In this document: positions 9,701-17,798 of the stretch, one piece after another
Numbering within the stretch: the first letter of the stretch is position 1
Layout: every line of letters begins with the position of its first letter
Origin: a virus
Taxonomy: Duplodnaviria > Caudoviricetes
IMG/VR virus record: IMGVR_UViG_3300035524_000057
Span: 1-46,706 of that record
DNA: 46,706 nt
Direction: 5' to 3' (one strand)
Translations under genes and position numbers: made by a program
Notes under the pieces: model-generated
Databases searched by the model: none
Told to the model about the DNA's origin: nothing
What the model saw: the letters and a program-made list of their open reading frames with translations, nothing else

Positions 9701-10656
9701 AGCGCGCCCGTTGTAATCCCGAACAAGATTGACGAGTTCAACGCTGTTTGGTTGTCTACATCTTCAGATATAAGCTCGTTAAAGAGGGCCCCCGCCTCCA
9801 TCATCCCGCCAACAATCCCGCCTACGGCGGAGCTGCCACCGGACATATACGCGGCGGCAATCGTCGCGGCGAGCGAAGGCGCGGCCTCCCCAAATGTATT
9901 GATCAAAAATTCCGGGTCGCTGAAAAGCCCCCAGTCAACGTTCCAATTCTCATCAACAAGACGCCTCCCGTCTATGACCTCGGACGGCCTTAACCACTCC
10001 ACGCCCTCAAGCAGGTTGCGGATGTTGTCGGCATCATCTTGCGCCCAATCTCTGAGGCGGGCAAAAGACCCGTCATAGCCAAGACCAGTCGCTTCGCCGA
10101 ACCCCTTGTGCATCGCGTCAAGGCCGCCAAACACCATCCCGATCATTTCATCAACACTTGCTCCGAGATGCGGGATGAATTTTACAGTCTGTTGCCCCAG
10201 GGCCATCGCCGAACGCGCGAAAGCGCCCGGCTTGTCTCCAGCCTCTTCTATTTTAGCCAATGCTTCCGTCTGATCAAACGCAAGCAAGGCCGCTTCAGGG
10301 TCGGTGAGCAACATGCGCGTGGCCTTGCTACCCTTGAGCGCGGCACTGGCCCTTTGGTTGTTTGCCAATTCTTCGGCGTAGTCCGGGGCTTCCTGCACCG
10401 CCCGCAGAGGCACGCCGAGTTGACCGGCAATCGCTTTTTGCTTGGCCGTGTCATCCGGGTTTACCCCTGCCATGCCAGCCAGCCGGACATTGCGCTCGGA
10501 CGGGTCCGGTTCCGGCGTGCTGAAGTCTATGCCGTAGATATCTTCAGACGGGCTTGACCTTTCCACCTCCGGGACAAGCGGGGCTTGCAGCGGACTTTCA
10601 GGCTCCGGCCGGGTTTGGGCGTCATCTCCAAAGTCTATGCCGTAGATGTTGCCCAT
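3724..10656 (-). CDS. Giant internal virion (DNA ejection) protein, polyvalent type, with an ART-PolyVal-like domain and HExxH motif (2310 aa)
   Basis: Occupies the T7 gp16-equivalent position; contains FKRWFGDS..VD..GKPLVVYHGT...FDPTQIKS and NADASTPFHEMAH; largely helical composition. Confidence 0.8.
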   Translation of the reverse strand: MGNIYGIDFGDDAQTRPEPESPLQAPLVPEVERSSPSEDIYGIDFSTPEPDPSERNVRLAGMAGVNPDDTAKQKAIAGQLGVPLRAVQEAPDYAEELANNQRASAALKGSKATRMLLTDPEAALLAFDQTEALAKIEEAGDKPGAFARSAMALGQQTVKFIPHLGASVDEMIGMVFGGLDAMHKGFGEATGLGYDGSFARLRDWAQDDADNIRNLLEGVEWLRPSEVIDGRRLVDENWNVDWGLFSDPEFLINTFGEAAPSLAATIAAAYMSGGSSAVGGIVGGMMEAGALFNELISEDVDNQTALNSSILFGITTGALNKLGLDGVLGGKGARTFAGRAARGLLGATSEGLTEYAEEPYQALFSGLARGLRDDELHAEVVGSLRNLESFVGGFLGGSGPSLVTSIQRRAHETTDNAASASFADAQRQLSEAVDTNGQRLIERDPALMERFLDEHMGLGKQDAFIEGETILELNQSAPGVVEEFARTLGVEAVKVVQDAEQGRDIRVDLGAFHTRLSTEVKEQLFDSIKPSPGAHSVRQVREGMAMEAGELQERFDAYASEQSEFTAQQQRIEAEAIQVGASPQVAREAAQTLARAVTSLAMRSDGVSASELMARVQFNQPRNIVAGQDVDGVTYNQETGEAKIDTPEFKRWFGDSQVVDAEGKPLVVYHGTQMGDTSDKEFVFTPGANEGTDSIQSEATFFTPDIDAALEYGDGRDSIFKVYLQAEDPLYVNSAEDIEEFAEGYCGGNLPSVLEENGGLVDGSLWETFLEAAGNYADGMMSDFINWAREEGYDSVVFVDNTRDEGQHKTYAVFDPTQIKSVYNLGTFDPYDERIFYQGAKGATQIRSDGYIVNLFENADASTPFHEMAHVFFEEMGRLVDGGYANQALQEDYLVARKWLSDLDSDEALAKSYSKYVQSHFGGRTFDALTEAERERARQIAKHEKFARGFETYLMEGKAPTPELMGAFARFKRWLKQIYKHISQLDAKLTPEVRGVFDRLLVAESNVELAADMVGLSPMTKAEMDSLGISVEDQEYLSRIMGDAQEKAEAALLSARKKGVRGNRENWKRQAEEEIAAKGVHTAMDKIVAGRGIDPDVAAWTWGEETVEAIRGRFGEKKKQQEPKNERGQVQSPNQGTDYSRGTITESARRDAEIEAKIREFASRDDGTVDIGILDAHAEVPFGGIWEELNIGHEEFNLFIERLENDVAQEQAGLSAEHLEILREDALSHLYIEDFESPVVRRARRVLSATSVTNAYGTWATRELMRKFGPGFFAKDSQYHIDELADWAEQNGYLGDTDDIVDYLLGSASRKEIAETHGVKPRPKSSGNKPPRGKKLFKEGGMSPEEAAVEAGFASMEDFLSALENYLPFQKAVKARVAELQAEFEQSLKAEDFLVQTDGYADYLGVLANYVQSKGQIMQADPKSRKAVARSAFKAQARRAVEQMSVRDATRVDLFMSAVKRSTREERLAIKKGDWGAAARAGHKARLNFEMAAEARRVREEIESGRRAMLRAVKHKTMRQAQRDLLLDLAYRFGFKRRAGETIEQTIKKWNKFIEGQAQFDASGEQVGGRSTNFSAWAAEAAENGYPVAFADIVSDRSNLGDYKDLTVNQFRSVMDARKQIETVDREERTVLINGERKAVKKVVGELVEQLKKTYAPKDRDRFREQYSKAAKTLRWLRSMDAEMVKIEHLLRVIDGDDMGVWFDTFYRPADDAASDKNTMLARISKDLKNLLDSHYSTREQGGLLQKRIRVREVGKTFTHGQIVRIALDFGNEGNYTRRRDGDGWSDAQMQAVVSKLGKRDWDFVQAIWDYIDTYGGPAFDLEERLTGRRPTKVEAREVRTPHGVYRGGYFPVIISHNDSSRQQARLDLEKAKLFGKSPTHIMTKHGHLKERAQSAGSQPLSTDLGDIAKHLLGVTHDLTHRERVVQMGKVLRDKEFISAAETYLGKELADQLVPWAKDIANVPPEPVNSWERLFRHLRIGTTVARLAKVSVGMQQAAGVLQSAAVLKKDWWRLLKVYSRPDKFLSMARFADANSAFMRDRIANVSRETTDVFSSLSMRKKALDKAGDVFLRLIGVAQKYTVDVATWGAAFDAEMEKSGDHERAARYADSVVRMSQGGGEMKDRSKIQRSHSEFVKMATMFYSFLSTAYNMIGKPLRGRKVHFAEFAWTATLLAVLGPSVAELLSGRPPDEDQDETWTGWAAQNSALFLLGMFPYVRDVGNAVVTPYDYSITPVESGLKSAIWLLKHGYEDVVEEGEYGMAAKKALDVAGMLLRLPTDQAWITGEAAWRAIQDDPDFEMKDLAYRKRWED

Positions 10657-12381
10657 TTACTCCTCCACCTGGATAGGTTCGTTTGAGGCTTCCCCAACAA
10701 CGCTATTGGGGGCCATGAGCTTGCCCGTGCGCTGGAAGTGCCTCCATGCTCTGGAGTCCATATACGACCCCGAGATATACGCCTTGCGCCAGAATGTGTT
10801 CACGTCCACGCCGTGGACCCGCGCGACGTGCAGCAGGTATCGCTGGTGGTTCTCGGGGATATCGTCAAACTCTACGGACTCGTTAAATTCAACTATGTCT
10901 TCTTCGGTAAGATTATAACGCGGCTTTTCCGTGTCAAAAATCATGCCGCCCTCTGTCACAACCTCCATGCCGAGGATCGCGGCCATGCGGCGGATATCCT
11001 CTGGTGAAGGCTCCTTGCCGCCATTTGCGGCGCGGTAGGCGTTCACACGCTCAAGCAGGCGGGAGTTGAAAATCGTCCTGTCGCGCTTTTTGACGCCATA
11101 ATCCTTGTAGTCTCTGGAAATCTCCTCAAGCACGGACTTGCTTTGGCTTTGCTGCAAGTCTTTGAGGTACTTCCTGTCCTCCCGGGCCAGCTTGAACGCC
11201 AGGTCATCCACGTTCACGGCCTCACCAGCCAGAATGCTGTTCATAGCCTGGTCATACGTCGCCGCGTCTGTAACGGTGTTTCTCCCGTCCACAACGCTAT
11301 TCACCGCCCGTAGGGCGTTCGCGCTCGTTTCCGGGTCGCTCAAGGCTTTTGCCTGAAGTTGAAGCACCCGCAACTCCTCCGGGGACTGCGCGCTTTCAGC
11401 GGCCAGCGTGAATCTTGAAACCGTGCTTTCCCGTTCGCGGGCTGTCTCTTTATTGCGCCACCGCTCAAACGTCCCGATCCAGCCCATGGACTCGCGAATC
11501 AGTTCCGAATCATCGCCAAGCCTACCCCGGAGCAGACGGTCATAATCGGCCGCATCTCCGCCAGGGTATCGGCCCGTCAAGTCAACTGCGATATCGTAGG
11601 CCTCAGCACTACGCGTGGCCTTGCTCACAAGCCCGACAAGCCCTTTTTCAACCTCCCCCCCGATCTCCCCAGCGTGCTCCTCAAGGTATTTCTTGGCCAT
11701 GCCTGGAGTACCCTCGGACACAAGCCGGCGCACGGTCCAATCGTGCAGAGCGGTCAATTGCTCCTCGACCATGGCAGTCGCGGTTTTGTCGTCCAGTCCT
11801 TGAAGTCGGGCCAGCCCACGCACGTGGGCGCGTAGCATCTCCACGTTGGCCTGCCACGCGTCAGGGTCATCAAACGTATCGAAGGCATCTTCTTTGGCTT
11901 GTTGGATGGTCGCCTTTGTGGTGGCCACCTCGGCCACGTGCTTTTGATCGGACTCGTGCTTGAAGGCACGATCCAAAGCAACGCCCGAGGACTGCCGGAA
12001 AAAACCATTGAACAGGTCACGCTGCGTGCCGTTGCCAAGCTGGGCTAAGGACTCTTGGTGAATCCTCTCGATTTCGCTTTGCGTGGTTTTTGATATGCCA
12101 AGAGCGTCATGCCCCTGGCGGTTCATAATGCCTTCTTCCGGGTCATACATCAGCGCACGGACTTTCTTTTGCGCTTCATAAAGCGCGTCCTTTGCTGCCC
12201 TGATGTCGTCACGTTTTTTTATGTCCAGGGCCACGTTGAGCAAGTCTTGCCCGACCTGGCCGGACCTGGCAGTGGCTTCCGCCACCTGCTCCCCAGCGGC
12301 ACCGGGGACAACCCGCCCAGGTACGCCCCCTTGCAGCGGCTTCGGCGCAATACGCCGCTCATATGTGCGTATTTTCGGCAT
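10657..12381 (-). CDS. Internal virion protein, T7 gp15-equivalent position (574 aa)
   Basis: MPKIRTY N-terminus, helical charged composition, located between the gp14-like gene and the giant gene. Confidence 0.65.
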   Translation of the reverse strand: MPKIRTYERRIAPKPLQGGVPGRVVPGAAGEQVAEATARSGQVGQDLLNVALDIKKRDDIRAAKDALYEAQKKVRALMYDPEEGIMNRQGHDALGISKTTQSEIERIHQESLAQLGNGTQRDLFNGFFRQSSGVALDRAFKHESDQKHVAEVATTKATIQQAKEDAFDTFDDPDAWQANVEMLRAHVRGLARLQGLDDKTATAMVEEQLTALHDWTVRRLVSEGTPGMAKKYLEEHAGEIGGEVEKGLVGLVSKATRSAEAYDIAVDLTGRYPGGDAADYDRLLRGRLGDDSELIRESMGWIGTFERWRNKETARERESTVSRFTLAAESAQSPEELRVLQLQAKALSDPETSANALRAVNSVVDGRNTVTDAATYDQAMNSILAGEAVNVDDLAFKLAREDRKYLKDLQQSQSKSVLEEISRDYKDYGVKKRDRTIFNSRLLERVNAYRAANGGKEPSPEDIRRMAAILGMEVVTEGGMIFDTEKPRYNLTEEDIVEFNESVEFDDIPENHQRYLLHVARVHGVDVNTFWRKAYISGSYMDSRAWRHFQRTGKLMAPNSVVGEASNEPIQVEE

Positions 12382-12392
12382 AGTATCTCCGG

Positions 12393-12908
12393 CTACCCCT
12401 TCAGTTTGTAGTATCCAGAGGCAACGGATCCGGCCCCGGACAGCAAGCTTCCCATGGCGTTTATCCTCCCGGCGGTGGCACTGTTCGCTCCGGATAAACG
12501 GGAAAGTCCCGCCTGCTCACGCATGCCAATGGCATTGTTGCGGTAGCCCCACTTTTCCTGTTCGGTGTTATAGTGGCTCATGCGATCGTCGGCCCTGGCC
12601 CGTTCGTCCAGGTCCACCTCCCAATCAAGCGGGGAGCCGGACCCGAGCTGTACGCCGGACGCCCCCCACCCCGCACGACCAGCACCGACCATCTTTGCTG
12701 CTTGGAGCGCAATGTCTTGACGCTCCATTCGGCCGCGATACTCCGCGTCCCGCGCCTTCATCTCCGAGATATTGGCCTCGCGCTCATACACGGCGGCCTG
12801 ATAATCAGCCTGGGCCTGAGCCGCCTGCCCCTGCTGCATGGCCCCCAAAACACTGCCTGCCGTGCCCAGCGCGGACAGCGCCAAACCTGCTTCAGCTATT
12901 CCGCACAT
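12393..12908 (-). CDS. Internal virion protein B-like (T7 gp14-type)
   Basis: MC start, hydrophobic A/G-rich N-terminus, QAAQAQA segment and ASGVQLGSGSPLD motif. Confidence 0.8.
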   Translation of the reverse strand: MCGIAEAGLALSALGTAGSVLGAMQQGQAAQAQADYQAAVYEREANISEMKARDAEYRGRMERQDIALQAAKMVGAGRAGWGASGVQLGSGSPLDWEVDLDERARADDRMSHYNTEQEKWGYRNNAIGMREQAGLSRLSGANSATAGRINAMGSLLSGAGSVASGYYKLKG

Positions 12909-12909
12909 A

Positions 12910-13383
12910 TCATTTCCCCCTCAAAATGAACCGTCGAAAGGGCGCACCTTCCGGGCCGTAGGGTTTCGGTTCTTCAAACTCCGCCCCCAGCCACTCCAGC
13001 CAGGCTATTGCTAAATTGTTTTCTGCATGGACGTAGTTGGCAAGTGGATTACGGACCTGAAGCATTTCATTAACGTAATGACGAGAGTGTTTTGCAAAGG
13101 CCACGGACCACTGTTCAATGCCCTGTGTCCCCAGCATCCAGATCGTTCCCCAGGAGGAGAGCAACGGCCCCTCTACCACGCCGAACATGGCAATGGGGCT
13201 GGCGTCCTGGAAGTCCAGTACCGTCCAAACCCGTGTGGAATGGCGAAACGAATCCCACGCCGCCCGCTCAGGGGTCATGTGGTGGGATAGCCAGACCTCC
13301 AGGCGGTCAGCCTCGCGCATCCCAGCCGCAATAGCTGGGATATGTCCTTCCTGCGCAACCACAACATGCCTGCTACCCGCCAA
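12910..13383 (-). CDS. Internal virion protein A-like / GNAT-fold protein (T7 gp13, DUF2833-like)
   Basis: MREADRLE...IWMLGT...LANYVHAENNLAIAWLEWLGAEF; directly after tail tubular B. Confidence 0.8.
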   Translation of the reverse strand: MAGSRHVVVAQEGHIPAIAAGMREADRLEVWLSHHMTPERAAWDSFRHSTRVWTVLDFQDASPIAMFGVVEGPLLSSWGTIWMLGTQGIEQWSVAFAKHSRHYVNEMLQVRNPLANYVHAENNLAIAWLEWLGAEFEEPKPYGPEGAPFRRFILRGK

Positions 13384-15742
13384 TTTTCACCTCCGGGATG
13401 ATCGCAAGGATAGTAAAAGGCAGAGGCAACGTTTGCCGGAAAAGAATCCTTCCGTTGGTGTTCCACGCGGGGAGAAGGGCCACACGGTAGTCTTCGATAC
13501 GAAGTGGCAGCATGTCCCCCCATAACTTCGGGAGCGTCTGCTTAATATCGACAAGGCCGCGTTCGTCCGGCCCAATGGACCCGCCCAGTGAATTTTCAAA
13601 CCGCAATGTCACGGCGGTGACGTTTTTCTTCCGGCCTTGCATAGTCTCGCCGCCACCAGCCTCAATGTTGAGAGTCTCAATGTCAGAGGTGAACGGCAGG
13701 CCCACTGTCGCCACGCTGGCGGCCTGGGGAAGCGTCACCTGGCCGTTCGTCACAACCTGCGGGGCAACGGGGGACCCATCCGCGAGAATGGCGATAGTTT
13801 TGCCCTCCAAATGTTCAAGCCCTGAAATTGTCGAAGCCGGAGTGCCGCTGTATTGCAAGCCGCAATCCACGAACCACGCTTGGGCCAGGTCTTGCCCCGG
13901 CAACCGTTCAGCCAGTTTTTCAATATAGAAAACTGTGGAGCCGTTCACTTCCCGCTCCACGGTAAAATACGTTTCGTCCGCATCGTCCCCTTCCAGCACG
14001 GCTACATCTCTGAACAATCCATCTGTTTCGTGCCGGTGCCAGGCCCATACCTCGTGCTCTTTCAGGTAGGTGTGCCCAAGCAGCACACCATCGTCCCGCA
14101 CACACCAAATGATGGAATTCGGGTCCTGCTGATAGGCCCACGCGACAACGGAATTATCACGCAACAAGTGTTCGGCCAGCACGGTCAGGTCTGTCCCGGT
14201 ATAGCTGTCTGAGGTCAGTTCATAGGCAAAATCACGCACAACCCGCCCGCCACGCTGGACAAACAGAACAGTGTTGCCGATCACGAGCGGGGGAAGGTGC
14301 GTACAGCCACGATACCCCTGCACCTTGAATTGCATGGACGTGGGGCTAAGCGCATCGGAGTTTTCGCCGGTGGTGAGCTTCCACTCGCCCCCGGCAGTAA
14401 AGATGAGCAAATCCTCCATGGGCACGAAGTGGCGCACCTCGTTGACCTGCCGGGAAACAATGGTCGCCTCTATGCCGTCGGAGTCTTTGAGCGGGGAGGA
14501 TGTGCCAAAGTTATTGAACAAACCGTTTTGGCTCCCCCAAATGGTTTGCGGGTCGTTCATACTCCCACCGTAAAATAGTCTCTGCTGATGGAACGATACC
14601 GCGCCAGGGTACTCCCCAACCTCCGCAAACCCGGAGAACGCCGATTGCGGCCCGTCGCCCACGTCCGGCTCGATGTTAGTGTCCTTGAAGCTATTACTAT
14701 CGGCCTGCCCAATCCAGCCGTAGTAACCGTTGCTGTTTTTATAAATGTTGTAGCTTGACGCCCCCTCCACAGCATCCCACGACAGATCCACCCATGCCCC
14801 TGCTTCCCAGTTGTTGGAGGGCCATGCGTCCGCAACGGTAAATGCTTCAGATGGTAAAGATTCTTCACCGTCGTCCCCAACAGCGGAAACCTTGTAGTCA
14901 ATCGAATAGGTGCCTGCCCCCCCGTTGGTGGCCGCAGCCCCGCCCGCGGGTGCCGTAACACCAGGGGAGAACGTTTGCTTTGTCCACTGCCACGCTGTGT
15001 GGGAGGTCCGGCTCAACAAGTACGGCGGATAATCCGGATGCGCGAAATAGATCGTGTCAGCCGATTGGACAAATTTAAGCCTAGCGAGATCGGACGCTGC
15101 ATACGGCGTTGCCACTCGTAAAACCGAATCCACTATCCAATATTCTTCCCAACTTGTTCCCGAACCTGGCTTGTTGTCCGCCTCAGAGGTGTGGTTTGTG
15201 ATGCATCTGTAAATGGTTCCGTCCGTCGGAGTGTAGATAAAATCATCCCCTTCATAGTCGGCAGATGCCCCCCACTCGGGCGCGGTGCTGGCCGCGCTTT
15301 CTTCCCAAAAAGATTCCCACCCAGTGCTGGACGCGCCCGGCTCGTCTGTGGGGCTGGACGTATGGTCTGCGATGCACACATAATCCACGCCAGCGTTCAC
15401 CACGTAGTCACCAACATAATACGCCGTGGACGCGACCCACGATGGGCGAACGCTGCCCGTATGGACCACGAATCCGCCGTCCTTGATCACGCGCATGGTA
15501 TAGTGCCCAAACTCCAGAATATATCCCTGTTCTGTATTGAACTGGAACGGCACCAGCCGGGTCAACGAACCGAGAGATTCCCCAACGAACACGGTGCCAG
15601 GACGATTGCTTACGCCACCGTGGGCATGGACAAACGCGTTTCTGCACGTTTTTAACGCGGTCCCATACTTGGCCAGATCAACGCGCCCGTGCAGACCAGG
15701 GCTTATCTCCCCGCCCGCGAAACTCGGTTGGATTATGCGCAC
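13373..15742 (-). CDS. Tail tubular protein B (nozzle), 789 aa
   Basis: SFAGGEISP..GRVDLAKY, QSADTIYFAHP, YPGAVSFHQQRL, VWAWHRHET, ISGLEHLEGK motifs. Confidence 0.9.
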   Translation of the reverse strand: MRIIQPSFAGGEISPGLHGRVDLAKYGTALKTCRNAFVHAHGGVSNRPGTVFVGESLGSLTRLVPFQFNTEQGYILEFGHYTMRVIKDGGFVVHTGSVRPSWVASTAYYVGDYVVNAGVDYVCIADHTSSPTDEPGASSTGWESFWEESAASTAPEWGASADYEGDDFIYTPTDGTIYRCITNHTSEADNKPGSGTSWEEYWIVDSVLRVATPYAASDLARLKFVQSADTIYFAHPDYPPYLLSRTSHTAWQWTKQTFSPGVTAPAGGAAATNGGAGTYSIDYKVSAVGDDGEESLPSEAFTVADAWPSNNWEAGAWVDLSWDAVEGASSYNIYKNSNGYYGWIGQADSNSFKDTNIEPDVGDGPQSAFSGFAEVGEYPGAVSFHQQRLFYGGSMNDPQTIWGSQNGLFNNFGTSSPLKDSDGIEATIVSRQVNEVRHFVPMEDLLIFTAGGEWKLTTGENSDALSPTSMQFKVQGYRGCTHLPPLVIGNTVLFVQRGGRVVRDFAYELTSDSYTGTDLTVLAEHLLRDNSVVAWAYQQDPNSIIWCVRDDGVLLGHTYLKEHEVWAWHRHETDGLFRDVAVLEGDDADETYFTVEREVNGSTVFYIEKLAERLPGQDLAQAWFVDCGLQYSGTPASTISGLEHLEGKTIAILADGSPVAPQVVTNGQVTLPQAASVATVGLPFTSDIETLNIEAGGGETMQGRKKNVTAVTLRFENSLGGSIGPDERGLVDIKQTLPKLWGDMLPLRIEDYRVALLPAWNTNGRILFRQTLPLPFTILAIIPEVKIGG

Positions 15743-15744
15743 AT

Positions 15745-16380
15745 CTAAGCCCTCACGGAAACGAGCGTTGCGGTCTCGCTTGGCTTGCTTTCAGACGCAT
15801 CTACCCCCCGCGCCTCGAACAGCACTTGTTGGTAAAAGCTCATCATGTTTGATTGGAATCCGCTTGATTCCGGGAACACCCCGGCCAAGTCGGCAGCAAG
15901 CCGTAAAGACAACGCATCAATGAACAGCTCGTCGAATTGGTTTGGGTCGTCCTCGTCGTGGATATATGCGAGCTTGGCGTTTTCCATGTTTGTCATCAGG
16001 TCGCGGCCAAGAATCTTGAACGCCACACCAGGGACTGTGGGCTTGGCGTGTAAGGTGGCCGTGTAGATGTCGGACCGCACGTATCCAAGTGTGTGATCCA
16101 CCGACACCTCAGCCAGATTTGTCAACTCAATGGTCCGCAAGCATCGCGATGGCAGTGTGTAGCGGAAAACGTACCCGTACTCGGGGGGTGCCTCCGATCT
16201 CGCCAGCGCGACAACGCGCGTCGCAAAGTTCCATGGATGCCCCCGCAAAGTCGCCCTTCGGGCGCGGGGGTAAAACTGCTGGCAAAAAGCGGCTTCCGCG
16301 CTACCCTCATCAAGAGAGGCCACAGGGCGTTGCCCGATGCGGGCCAAAGCCAGATTGCAAATTCCCACTTCTGATGCCAT
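15745..16380 (-). CDS. Tail tubular protein A (adaptor/gatekeeper)
   Basis: ICNLALARIG...HPWNFA...FDELFIDAL..RLA motifs. Confidence 0.88.
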   Translation of the reverse strand: MASEVGICNLALARIGQRPVASLDEGSAEAAFCQQFYPRARRATLRGHPWNFATRVVALARSEAPPEYGYVFRYTLPSRCLRTIELTNLAEVSVDHTLGYVRSDIYTATLHAKPTVPGVAFKILGRDLMTNMENAKLAYIHDEDDPNQFDELFIDALSLRLAADLAGVFPESSGFQSNMMSFYQQVLFEARGVDASESKPSETATLVSVRA

Positions 16381-16383
16381 GGC

Positions 16384-17004
16384 CTATACCTCCGCTAACG
16401 CGCCGGATGCGGCATGGACTTCCACCCCGTTTGCACGCAGCTTTTGAACAATTCTGATTGCGGGGGCAGCAAAGCGGGAGTAGTTTTCCACCAGCGGCGC
16501 GCCCGCGACAAAAATTTTCCTGTGTCCAAGTTTCTCCGCCGCGCCAAGAGCCTCCGTAAGGGAACCGCCTTGATCTGGATTTGCCAGCAGGTGGGGGGAG
16601 AGAAGACCACTGTGCGGCCTGTTTGTGATGAAATGCGGCTGCACGCCGCCGGACCAGCCCATGCGCGACCACATCAGCCGCCATTCGGCGAGCATATCCG
16701 GATGCACGCTGCACCAATAATGGACAGGTGCCTTCCAGCGGAACGCCGCCCGGTTAATGGCCATGACCTCGCGCTCCAGCGGGACGTCCAAAGCCGCCAC
16801 ATCCCGCAGCATACAATCTGCGTCCCCGAGGATGAGCAAGCAATCTCCCCCACGCTTCGGAAGCGGCGGGGATGCGTTTTCGGCAGTCTCGTTTTCCCAC
16901 CGGAAGTTGGCTGGCTTATCTTGCTCACTCTCGCAAAAAAACACATCGCCAGGGACGTAAACAACGCCTCTGTGCATGGTTTTTTTAGTGCAGATCGCTT
17001 TCAT
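16384..17004 (-). CDS. Hypothetical protein: short virion-type N-terminal domain plus a domain resembling sialyltransferase/MAF_flag10-like Rossmannoid folds
   Basis: LLILGDADC...VMAINRA...YWCSVHPD...GGSL..A...LGHRKIFVAG pattern; fold call is from motif resemblance only. Confidence 0.5.
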   Translation of the reverse strand: MKAICTKKTMHRGVVYVPGDVFFCESEQDKPANFRWENETAENASPPLPKRGGDCLLILGDADCMLRDVAALDVPLEREVMAINRAAFRWKAPVHYWCSVHPDMLAEWRLMWSRMGWSGGVQPHFITNRPHSGLLSPHLLANPDQGGSLTEALGAAEKLGHRKIFVAGAPLVENYSRFAAPAIRIVQKLRANGVEVHAASGALAEV

Positions 17005-17015
17005 TTTCTGGCCTT

Positions 17016-17045
17016 TGAAAGAGGCGGGACCGCAGCCCCGCCCGT
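17016..17045 (-). terminator. Probable intrinsic terminator after the capsid genes
   Basis: Minus strand reads GGCGGG-gctgcggt-CCCGCC followed by TCTTTC, just after the stop at 17053. Confidence 0.55.
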
Positions 17046-17052
17046 TGTTCTG

Positions 17053-17343
17053 TTATGGCAAAGAACTCTCTGCCTTCTTCGCTTTGGACTTGCTCTTGAC
17101 CCTTTCGCCATTGGAGAGTTCCCACCACCCGCCACCAACATGTCGCGGGAACACATTGTTTTCTTCCCGTCCAAACCCAGGATGGTCCACGGTGTCAGCG
17201 GCTTCCGGTGTGTCCCCGCCCGCCACAGGGGCGAAGTGCTTCATCCATGGCCCAGGCCTAACCTCGACGCACTCACCTGCCCGGACAAACCTACTTTTGC
17301 CACCCATAGGTGCGGTGCAATCCCGGATGCAAACAGCCTTCAT
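17053..17343 (-). CDS. Small hypothetical head-module protein (96 aa)
   Basis: In the operon after the cement gene; C-terminal HVGGGWWELSNGERV motif seen in small phage head-region proteins. Confidence 0.65.
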   Translation of the reverse strand: MKAVCIRDCTAPMGGKSRFVRAGECVEVRPGPWMKHFAPVAGGDTPEAADTVDHPGFGREENNVFPRHVGGGWWELSNGERVKSKSKAKKAESSLP

Positions 17344-17353
17344 GTGTCCCCAC

Positions 17354-17773
17354 CTAGAACTTGTTCGAATCGCCGTCAGGTGAGAGGAAGATGTCGAATG
17401 CGCCAGCCGTCAACGCAGCGCCGCCGACGATAATCTGGGCCTTGAGGTAGCGTTCGCAATTGCCTGGGACCACCACACCAGCCGGGCCGGTGACTTTATG
17501 CCCCTGCGTTAGCGTGTCCTTGCCGATGGCACCGGAGTCCCACAGCGTGGTGTAACTGTCAGCCACACCATTGTCCGAGCTGGTCATCAGCTTAAACTGC
17601 ACGGTGGCCGCGCCGGAGCTGGTCACGGCAGTGGGGACTTGTACATGTAGCCGCATGGGCCGGGCCAGGGCATCGCCATCCGCGCCAAGATCAACCACGT
17701 TGTCACTGTCGTGGGTGGCAACCGTCGTTTCTTCCTGTGCATCGGAAAAAACATTGTATTTGTCTATGATCAT
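17354..17773 (-). CDS. Capsid cement protein, Bbp16-like
   Basis: MIIDK...FSDAQ...SDNVVDLG...ERYL...LTAGAF; follows the major capsid gene; AAGGAG RBS. Confidence 0.85.
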   Translation of the reverse strand: MIIDKYNVFSDAQEETTVATHDSDNVVDLGADGDALARPMRLHVQVPTAVTSSGAATVQFKLMTSSDNGVADSYTTLWDSGAIGKDTLTQGHKVTGPAGVVVPGNCERYLKAQIIVGGAALTAGAFDIFLSPDGDSNKF

Positions 17774-17798
17774 GGTGAATCTCCTTGATCGTTATTGG

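Noticed and set aside
4876-10078. Long plus-strand ORFs (601, 277 and 352 aa) opposite the giant gene
   Set aside because: Antisense shadows typical of GC-rich coding DNA; no recognisable motifs, unlike the +1 frame in the methyltransferase.
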